Assembly (NCBI GenBank): GCA_934233745.1
Contig: CAKQGN010000001.1
Location: 397,566-461,565 of the forward strand
Direction of reading: 5' to 3'
From: an uncultured Clostridia bacterium
Lineage (GTDB): Bacteria > Bacillota > Clostridia > Christensenellales > CAG-917
Length of the DNA: 64,000 bases
Shown here in pieces: positions 41,954-48,455 of the stretch; the stretch's first letter is position 1; the number at the start of each line of letters is the position of its first letter. The notes under the pieces are model-generated. The model did no database searches. It was not told where the DNA came from and saw only the letters and a program-made list of their open reading frames with translations. The translations under genes were made by a program, and so were the position numbers.

Positions 41954-42388
41954 ATGGCAGCGTGGATAATGTCGGTTGTCGGTGTGATATGTCTGGGAGT
42001 GCTGTTTGAGATTGTGCTGCCGACAGGCAAAACGACAAAATATATAAGGGGAGCGTTTTCGCTTTTGGTGGTGTTTGTGGTTGCGTCGATAGTCCCGTCG
42101 ATAGCAAAAGCGGATTGGAAATTCGATCTCGACAATGTATTTTCCACAACAGACGTTGTAGCGACGTCCGATTTGGATTTGACATTGAGCGTGAAAGAAA
42201 AAGCACGTCTTGCTCTTCAAAGGGAAGGGTGCGAGTGCAGGGTAGAAATCGATTCGAGCGGAACGGTTGTAAAAAAAGTTAAAATATACGTGGAAAAAAC
42301 AACAATCGATGGCGCATGTATTGTTGAAATCACATCGAAAACGCTCAATGTTTTTAGGCAGATAATCTATGTAATTTATAGCGAATAG
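41954..42388 (+). CDS. spoIIIAF: stage III sporulation protein AF
   Basis: 144 aa with two N-terminal TM helices. Assigned by operon position. Confidence 0.7.
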   Translation: MAAWIMSVVGVICLGVLFEIVLPTGKTTKYIRGAFSLLVVFVVASIVPSIAKADWKFDLDNVFSTTDVVATSDLDLTLSVKEKARLALQREGCECRVEIDSSGTVVKKVKIYVEKTTIDGACIVEITSKTLNVFRQIIYVIYSE

Positions 42389-42396
42389 CGACCGTT

Positions 42397-42430
42397 TCGC
42401 GCGCGCGTGCGCGCGCTCATGCGCGTTTTT
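42397..42430 (+). terminator. GC-only alternating hairpin plus T6 inside the spoIIIA operon (between AF and AG); a second hairpin lies at 42439-42456
   Basis: CGCGCGCGCGTGCGCGCGC..CGCGC-TCAT-GCGCG-TTTTTT, then CTGCGCG-TGCG-CGCGCAG. Confidence 0.5.
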
Positions 42431-42569
42431 TGAATGTACCTGCGCGTGCGCGCGCAGGCGCGCGAAAACCCGTAAACATACTGCGTTAACGGCTTTGTTT
42501 TTCGGTTTTTTATTTGAAAAACGACAACGAAATTTTCATAAAAACAACCGATTGACATATATATTTGAT

Positions 42570-42956
42570 ATGAGCGAAAGTGTTGAAAAAGTCAAAACCG
42601 ATCTGAAAGGCATGTTCGAAAAAATTAAAGGGATAAAAAACATAAAGATTATCGCTTTGGTATTCATAATCGCAATTGCCCTCATCATATACTCTAACGT
42701 AGTCGCAAGAGATAAAGACGAAAAACAATCCTTTCAGAACGACGAGGAGACAAGGCTTGCAAGCATACTATCATCGGTTGACGGCGCAGGCGACGTCGAA
42801 ACTATGATAACCAAATCGTCGGGGCAAATCGTCGGGGTGCTTGTGATTGCAACCGGCGCAAACAATCCGCTCGTAAGACTCAGACTTTTGAACGCAGCAT
42901 CGAGCGCACTCGGAGTAGACTCCGAAACGGTGAGCGTCATGAGTCGTAAAAACTGA
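42570..42956 (+). CDS. spoIIIAG: stage III sporulation protein AG
   Basis: Single TM helix followed by a ring-building-motif-like C-terminus (..VGVLVIATGA..). The start is uncertain because there is no clear RBS. Confidence 0.65.
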   Translation: MSESVEKVKTDLKGMFEKIKGIKNIKIIALVFIIAIALIIYSNVVARDKDEKQSFQNDEETRLASILSSVDGAGDVETMITKSSGQIVGVLVIATGANNPLVRLRLLNAASSALGVDSETVSVMSRKN

Positions 42957-42973
42957 ACCTATAGGAGGAATAT

Positions 42974-43468
42974 ATGAAAATGAAACCCAAAACAAAAAAA
43001 ATAATCGTGTTGTCGGTTATGGTTGCATTGCTTGTTGCAACGGGCGTGCTGAATTTTGTGCTTAGCGACAAGCTTAACAAAACGTCAACAGACGTTGGCG
43101 GACAACAGGACACCGTGACGCAAACATTCTTTGCCGCGGCAAGAAGCGACCGCGATGCAACGAGAGAGTCGGAGTTTTTGTATCTTGATGCCATCATGAA
43201 TTCCGACGAAAGCACCGATAGCGCAAAGACCACCGCTCAGGAACAAAAAATGTTGTTGGTGAATAGAATGGAAAAGGAACTCGCACTTGAAACGCTTATC
43301 AAGGGCAGAGGATTTGAAGATGCAATCGTCACAATCGGCGATAACGGGGTGAGCATCGTAGTCGGCGAGAGCGAGCTTTCTCAAGAGCAAGCCAATCAGA
43401 TACTTTCCGTCGTCGTTGCCGAAACGACCTTCAAAGCAACAGACGTAAAGGTGATTCCTTTCAACTGA
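42974..43468 (+). CDS. spoIIIAH: stage III sporulation protein AH
   Basis: 164 aa with an N-terminal TM helix. RBS AGGAGG. Last gene of the cluster. Confidence 0.75.
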   Translation: MKMKPKTKKIIVLSVMVALLVATGVLNFVLSDKLNKTSTDVGGQQDTVTQTFFAAARSDRDATRESEFLYLDAIMNSDESTDSAKTTAQEQKMLLVNRMEKELALETLIKGRGFEDAIVTIGDNGVSIVVGESELSQEQANQILSVVVAETTFKATDVKVIPFN

Positions 43469-43482
43469 CACGGGGAGGATAT

Positions 43483-43518
43483 GCGCCGCAAAGAGAATTC
43501 TTTGCGGCGCAATTTTAT
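43483..43518 (+). terminator. intrinsic terminator after spoIIIAH
   Basis: GCGCCGCAAAG-N6-CTTTGCGGCGC hairpin plus a T-rich tail. Confidence 0.7.
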
Positions 43519-43692
43519 GTCGCATGCGCAATGCAAGAGTTAAAACTTATAATCACATTCAAGAATTTATGAAGACAGATTTCAATCTCATTTTGTAATA
43601 TACATTCTCACAAATACTCATCCAAAATTATTTATACGGACGGTTGATATAATTTTTTGCGTGTGATATAATAATTGACAAGGAGACAGTAT

Positions 43693-43995
43693 ATGGCAAA
43701 AGAAAAATCATCCGTATTGAACGAAGTGTTGGTTTCGCTTGCAACCGAGGCTGCGCAAGACGTGGAGGGAGTGCATCTTCTCAATTCAAAGCGCAATCGC
43801 GGCGCGGTGTCCGTTTACATTTTGCCAAACGAAAAAGTAACGGTCGATCTTTTTGTAAGCATCGATCTCGGTTACAGCGTACCGTATGCCGTTGCGGTTT
43901 TGCAAGAAAAAGTCAAAAATCAAATCGAAGGCGCAACCAAGTTTAAGGTTCAGTCCGCAAACGTACAGGTTGTCAACGTAAATGTGGCGCAATAA
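43693..43995 (+). CDS. Asp23/Gls24 family envelope stress protein
   Basis: About 100 aa. Same position upstream of nusB as in Bacillus (yqhY). Confidence 0.8.
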   Translation: MAKEKSSVLNEVLVSLATEAAQDVEGVHLLNSKRNRGAVSVYILPNEKVTVDLFVSIDLGYSVPYAVAVLQEKVKNQIEGATKFKVQSANVQVVNVNVAQ

Positions 43996-43997
43996 TC

Positions 43998-44393
43998 ATG
44001 AGAAGAGTAGCAAGAGAAAACGTGTTCAAATTGGTGTTCGAGTACACCTTTTACGGAGCGGTGAACGAGTCCACTTTGGAGCTTATGCTTGTGGACAGCG
44101 ACCTTACCGAAGACGATAGACAATATATCAACTCAACGTATCTGGGCGTTTGCACAAACGACGAGAAACTCAAGGGCATCATTGAAAATCACCTTGAGGG
44201 ATACAAACTCGATAGAGTATATCGTCCCGACTATGCGGTGTTGCTTGTTGCGACATATGAACTTTGTGAACATACCGCACCGAATGCGGTCATCATAAAC
44301 GAAGCGGTGGAGCTTTCAAAGAAGTACGGCACCGACAAATCCGGCTCGTTTGTGAACGGTGTGCTTGCAAAGATTGTAAAAGATATTGACTGA
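43998..44393 (+). CDS. nusB: transcription antitermination factor NusB
   Basis: 131 aa. MRRVARENVFKLVFEY.. and ..INEAVELSKKYG....FVNGVL.K. Confidence 0.9.
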   Translation: MRRVARENVFKLVFEYTFYGAVNESTLELMLVDSDLTEDDRQYINSTYLGVCTNDEKLKGIIENHLEGYKLDRVYRPDYAVLLVATYELCEHTAPNAVIINEAVELSKKYGTDKSGSFVNGVLAKIVKDID

Positions 44394-44487
44394 TCAAAGA
44401 GAATTATCCCGAAATTTTCAAAATCTGCAAAGTTTGTATGCAAATGTTTGATATTTCGGGATTTTTTGACTCAAAATAATCGTAAAA

Positions 44488-45750
44488 ATGCCGAAAAATC
44501 GGTGTTTTACTGCAAAAAAGGTGTATAAAGTGTCGATTGTGTCAGATAAAACCCCATTTTCTGAAAAAACAATATCTGTAAGCGAAGTCAATGAAACGAT
44601 AAAAGCCTGCATTGACGCCCCGATATTCAAGGGGCTGGAAGTTTTCGGTGAGATTTCGGGTTATAAGTTTTCGGGAGCGCATGCTTACTTTACGCTCAAG
44701 GACAAAAACTCGCAGCTCTCATGCGTTTGCTTCTACGCACAAAAAACGTATGTCCCAAAAGACGGCGAAAGCGTCATCGTGCGCGGCTCGCTTGACTATT
44801 ATGTCAAGGGCGGCAGACTGTCTTTGCAGGCAAGCTCGATAACTCCCGTCGGACAAGGACTGTTGTTTTTGGAGTTTGAAAGACTCAAAGCAAAATTGCA
44901 GGCGGAGGGACTATTTGACGAGGCGCACAAAAAACCGATTCCTCAATTTGTCAAAAAAGTTTTGGTGGTTACATCCAAAACGGGTGCGGTCATCAGAGAT
45001 ATAGTGACAACCGTTCGCCGCAAGAATCCCGTCATCGATATCGTTGTCAAAGACGTGCGCGTGCAGGGCGAAGGCGCAGGCAAAGAAATCGCCAAAGTTC
45101 TTGAGAGAGTGGACAACCTCGGATATGACGTCATCGTCATTGCAAGAGGAGGAGGCTCGCTTGAAGACCTCGCTCCGTTTTATGACGAAACGTTGGTGCG
45201 TGCGGTTTACGATATGAAGACACCCGTCGTATCGGCGGTGGGACACGAAACCGACTTTTCGCTTTGCGACTTTGTTGCCGACAAGAGGGCGGCAACTCCC
45301 ACGGCGGCAGGAGAACTTGTAGCATACGACTACTATGCGCTTTATGACGAACTCAGACAAAATATGCGCAGACTCTCCGTCAATGCGACAAGGGCGTATG
45401 AAAGAAAGAGTTCCGCGGTGCAAATAAGTTGCAACAAACTTCGACGGCTTGCTTCGGAATTTTACTTGCAGAGGGGACACAAAATAGAAGTTCTTATGCA
45501 GAGGGCAAAATCGCAAATCGAGAGGAAGTTCGAGATTGCGGACGCAAGGGTGGACAAAGCTACGGCGTCGCTCGACAATCTATCGCCTCTCAAAACTTTG
45601 CGCAGAGGGTATTTCAGACTCCAAGCGCAAGGCAGAACAATAAACAAAGTCGCAAATCTCAAAATCGGCGACCTGGTTACGGCAACGGGCTCGGACGGCG
45701 CAATCGAAGCGCAAGTGAGCAAAATCGAAATTTTCGAGGAGAACAAATAA
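44488..45750 (+). CDS. xseA: exodeoxyribonuclease VII large subunit
   Basis: OB-fold N-terminus (..ISVSEVNETIK..) and a catalytic core (..ARGGGS.EDL..F..E...RA). The true start may be the GTG at 44530. Confidence 0.9.
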   Translation: MPKNRCFTAKKVYKVSIVSDKTPFSEKTISVSEVNETIKACIDAPIFKGLEVFGEISGYKFSGAHAYFTLKDKNSQLSCVCFYAQKTYVPKDGESVIVRGSLDYYVKGGRLSLQASSITPVGQGLLFLEFERLKAKLQAEGLFDEAHKKPIPQFVKKVLVVTSKTGAVIRDIVTTVRRKNPVIDIVVKDVRVQGEGAGKEIAKVLERVDNLGYDVIVIARGGGSLEDLAPFYDETLVRAVYDMKTPVVSAVGHETDFSLCDFVADKRAATPTAAGELVAYDYYALYDELRQNMRRLSVNATRAYERKSSAVQISCNKLRRLASEFYLQRGHKIEVLMQRAKSQIERKFEIADARVDKATASLDNLSPLKTLRRGYFRLQAQGRTINKVANLKIGDLVTATGSDGAIEAQVSKIEIFEENK

Positions 45751-45969
45751 ATGGCAGAAATCAAAAAGTTTGAAGACGCACTTCAAGAACTCGAAGCAAT
45801 TGTAAAAAAACTCGAAGGGGATATTCCTCTTGACGAGGCAGTCAAGGCTTTTGAAAAAGGAATAGAACTTAGCAAAGTTTGCATTGCAGATCTCAAAGCG
45901 GAGAAAGGCAAACTCGCTTTGCTTGTCGACGACATCAACAACCTCACCGAAGAATTGAAACTCGACTGA
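45751..45969 (+). CDS. xseB: exodeoxyribonuclease VII small subunit
   Basis: 72 aa. ..[15 protein letters not shown]...L.E....FE.G..L.. . Confidence 0.9.
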   Translation: MAEIKKFEDALQELEAIVKKLEGDIPLDEAVKAFEKGIELSKVCIADLKAEKGKLALLVDDINNLTEELKLD

Positions 45970-45971
45970 TT

Positions 45972-46787
45972 ATGAAAATATCGACCATTGACAAAAACGA
46001 ATTTATGTTTATGTTTGAACAATCGCTCAAAAATGCGATTGGATCGGGCGATTCGATAATCGACGAAGGGATGCGCTATGCCACGCTCGACGGAGGAAAA
46101 AGAATTCGTCCGCTGTGCGTGTATTACGGTGCGCGAGCTTTAGGCAAAGACGCCGATGCCGACGAGGTCGTTTGTCTTGCGGTGGGGGTTGAGCTTATTC
46201 ACAACTATTCGCTTGTGCATGATGATTTGCCTGCTATGGACAACGACGATTATCGCAGAGGCAAACTTTCCGTTCACAAAAAGTTCGGGCATGCAAACGG
46301 AATACTTATAGGCGACCAACTCCTGACTCTTGCTTCTTGCGTATTGCTTGACGGCGCACGAGTGTACGGTTCTCGTTTTGCAAGAGCTGCGCAGGAGATC
46401 GCAGGCGCGGCAAAGCGAATGGTGTTGGGGCAGGCAAACGACCTTAAAGGATGCGATACGGCGGACGACTTCCTCGATATGTATTCACAAAAGACCGCAG
46501 CATTGATAGTGGGTGCATTTACAGCCGGTGCGATTTGCGCAGATGCGGACTTTGAACAGATAGAGAAAATCGGAGAGTATGCAATGCATGTCGGAGTTGC
46601 TTTTCAACTTGCAGACGACCTTTTGGACGAAGGCGATGAGAGAAGTATCGTATCTGCGCTCGGAGTCGACAAAACTCGCGAATTGCTCAATGCCCAAACA
46701 CAACGAGCCGAAGAAATCAGTTTGAACTTTGCGGGGGCAAAGGAATTGTCCGATTTTGCCGACGCGCTATGCAATAGACAAAAATAA
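45972..46787 (+). CDS. ispA: farnesyl diphosphate synthase (polyprenyl synthetase)
   Basis: Asp-rich motifs LVHDDLPAMDNDDYRRG and FQLADDLLD. ATG at 45972 was chosen within the longer ORF. Confidence 0.9.
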   Translation: MKISTIDKNEFMFMFEQSLKNAIGSGDSIIDEGMRYATLDGGKRIRPLCVYYGARALGKDADADEVVCLAVGVELIHNYSLVHDDLPAMDNDDYRRGKLSVHKKFGHANGILIGDQLLTLASCVLLDGARVYGSRFARAAQEIAGAAKRMVLGQANDLKGCDTADDFLDMYSQKTAALIVGAFTAGAICADADFEQIEKIGEYAMHVGVAFQLADDLLDEGDERSIVSALGVDKTRELLNAQTQRAEEISLNFAGAKELSDFADALCNRQK

Positions 46788-46863
46788 ACAGAATATAGTG
46801 CAAACTTGCAAAAAAGTGTTGCCAAACTCGTTTGTTTTTGATATATTGTTAAAGCAATCGTGT

Positions 46864-46938
46864 GCGGGAGTGACTCAGTGGTAGAGTGTCACCTTGCCAA
46901 GGTGAAAGTCGCGGGTCCGAATCCCGTCTCCCGCTCCA
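46864..46938 (+). tRNA. tRNA-Gly (anticodon GCC), CCA encoded; T-loop reads TCCGAAT instead of TTCGAAT
   Basis: Hand-folded cloverleaf. Acceptor GCGGGAG/CTCCCGC, anticodon arm TCACC-TTGCCAA-GGTGA, T arm GCGGG-TCCGAAT-CCCGT. Confidence 0.85.
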
Positions 46939-47079
46939 CACAAAGCAAGACGGTATGAATAGAAAATCTTGTGGGTTGAGAAATCAATTGACGGGATTCG
47001 CTTCACAAAGTGAAGTGCGATGAAATCGCAGACACGCGAAGCGGGTTCGCACCGCAAGGTTGCCGCGCAGGCGGCCACA

Positions 47080-47099
47080 CCGTCTCCCGCTCCACACAA
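47080..47099 (+). pseudogene. 20-nt duplicate of the tRNA-Gly 3' end and flank (CCGTCTCCCGCTCCACACAA)
   Basis: Identical to 46924-46943. Confidence 0.8.
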
Positions 47100-47126
47100 C
47101 GTATCGGCATCACCGATATAAGATAT

Positions 47127-47200
47127 GGCATCATAGCCAAGAGGTAAGGCAAGGGTCTGCAAAATCCTCACCCCCAGTTCAAGTCTGGGTGATGCCTCCA
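47127..47200 (+). tRNA. tRNA-Cys (anticodon GCA), CCA encoded
   Basis: Acceptor GGCATCA/TGATGCC, anticodon arm AGGGT-CTGCAAA-ATCCT, T arm CCCAG-TTCAAGT-CTGGG. Confidence 0.85.
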
Positions 47201-47204
47201 AAAA

Positions 47205-47234
47205 ATATCTCGCAAACAGCGAGATATTTTTTTA
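47205..47234 (+). terminator. intrinsic terminator after tRNA-Cys
   Basis: ATATCTCGC-AAACA-GCGAGATAT hairpin plus T-run. Confidence 0.75.
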
Positions 47235-47342
47235 TATTTCCTGATTTGTTATATTTTTAGAGTGTGAAACACGCAAAGCACTATTTACATTTTGACGCTT
47301 TGGTGTTATTATATCCGTAGCAATCAAAGGTAGGAAACATAT

Positions 47343-47699
47343 ATGGAAGACAGTCCTCTTGTCGAACAATCGAAATCGTTTGCACTTGACATAATCAAGC
47401 TGTGCAATCAAATCAAAATCGATAGGCGCGAAACCGTGCTTGTCAATCAACTTATGCTCTCGGGAGCGAGCATAGGCGCAAGAGTGAGAGAGGCATATTG
47501 CCTGCAAGACAAAAACGACTTTATCAAGAAATTGCAAGAGGCTCTCAAAGATTGTTCGGAAACAGAATATTGGATTGAATTGCTGATTGAAAGCGGCACG
47601 TACTATTCGGACAGAATGATTCTTGAAAAGTGTATCGAGATAAAGAAGATGCTTATGTCCACAATCGCAAAGGAGAGCGAAACGGCAAAAGCCGAATAG
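47343..47699 (+). CDS. four-helix-bundle protein (23S rRNA intervening-sequence protein / Avd-like family)
   Basis: 118 aa. ..SKSFALDIIKLC......E.VL.NQL.RS..SIGA...EA......DF..KL.. is the typical pattern of this family. Confidence 0.8.
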   Translation: MEDSPLVEQSKSFALDIIKLCNQIKIDRRETVLVNQLMLSGASIGARVREAYCLQDKNDFIKKLQEALKDCSETEYWIELLIESGTYYSDRMILEKCIEIKKMLMSTIAKESETAKAE

Positions 47700-47879
47700 T
47701 GCATGTGGCAGATATAATACAATAAGAAGAGGGATTTTGCGGAATCTCTTTTTTTATATAAAAACGATTTTGTTGCGCTTTACTTTTTGCGGTTGCCGTG
47801 ATATTATTTTCTCACATAGCAGTCGCAAGGAAGATTTATTTTTTCCTTAACTGCACGAAGTGCAATATCATTTTTAGAT

Positions 47880-47972
47880 GTCATTTCGAGCGCAAGCGTT
47901 GGAATCAAGCCGTAAGGCGCAATTCGCTCCGCTAGATTGCCACGTCGCAACGTTGTTGCTCCTCGCAATGAC
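47880..47972. repeat. composite REP-like palindrome (unit GTCATTTCGAGCG..GGAATC plus an inverted GTCATTGCGAGGAGCAAC..GGCAATC unit)
   Basis: Two inverted units around AAGCCGTAAGGCGCAATTCGCTCCGCTA. Flanked by 30-bp direct repeats at 47841-47870 and 47987-48016. Confidence 0.8.
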
Positions 47973-47997
47973 AAGGGTAAATCGGATTTTCCTTAAC

Positions 47998-48083
47998 TGC
48001 ACGAAGTGCAATATCACTTGCGCAAAGCGCAAATAGCACTGTTGCCATCGGCAACAATATCACTGCACGAAGTGCAATATCAC
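47998..48083. repeat. tandem array of four variable hairpins, each followed by ATATCAC
   Basis: Units are TGCACgaaGTGCA-ATATCAC, TTGCGCaaaGCGCAA-ATAGCAC, TGTTGCCatcGGCAACA-ATATCAC and TGCACgaaGTGCA-ATATCAC. Confidence 0.8.
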
Positions 48084-48090
48084 TCAAAAT

Positions 48091-48115
48091 GCCGGAATGG
48101 CGGAATAGGCAGACG
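48091..48115 (+). pseudogene. 25-nt duplicate of the tRNA-Leu 5' end, running into an unrelated hairpin
   Basis: GCCGGAATGGCGGAATAGGCAGACG is identical to 48191-48215, exactly 100 bp downstream. Confidence 0.8.
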
Positions 48116-48190
48116 GATGAAACATATTCATCCCGGCGTCTGCACAAAGACCGCCTCGCACTTGGTTGAGAACGAAAACTTAATAAACAA

Positions 48191-48277
48191 GCCGGAATGG
48201 CGGAATAGGCAGACGCAAGGGACTTAAAATCCCTCGATGGAAACATCGTATCGGTTCGACCCCGATTTTCGGCACCA
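48191..48277 (+). tRNA. tRNA-Leu (anticodon TAA), long variable arm, CCA encoded
   Basis: Acceptor GCCGGAA/TTTCGGC, anticodon arm AGGGA-CTTAAAA-TCCCT, variable arm CGATGGAAACATCG, T arm ATCGG-TTCGACC-CCGAT. Confidence 0.85.
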
Positions 48278-48278
48278 A

Positions 48279-48306
48279 ACACCTCGATTGCGGGGTGTTT
48301 TTTTTG
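48279..48306 (+). terminator. intrinsic terminator after tRNA-Leu
   Basis: AACACC..GGTGTT hairpin plus T8. Confidence 0.65.
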
Positions 48307-48365
48307 TTGCGACTTAACTAATTATGCAAAATGTATTAAAAATCGATTTTTTGCAGTCAAACCTA

Positions 48366-48394
48366 TTGCAAAGTCGCACGCGCGATGTTATAAT
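48366..48394 (+). promoter_or_regulatory. strong sigma-A-type promoter (TTGCAA-17 nt-TATAAT, TG-extended) whose spacer is a GC-rich alternating tract
   Basis: TTGCAA at 48366-71, spacer AGTCGCACGCGCGATGT and TATAAT at 48389-94, 62 nt upstream of the ATG at 48456. Confidence 0.6.
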
Positions 48395-48455
48395 TATTGA
48401 GTATATTGAGAAAGTATGTACGCATGCTTATGCGCGCACGCACGCAAGGAGAGAA

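Noticed and set aside
46875-47201. A 108-aa minus-strand ORF spans the tRNA-Gly / tRNA-Cys region.
   Set aside because: It overlaps two well-folded tRNA genes and their duplicated fragment. It has no RBS.
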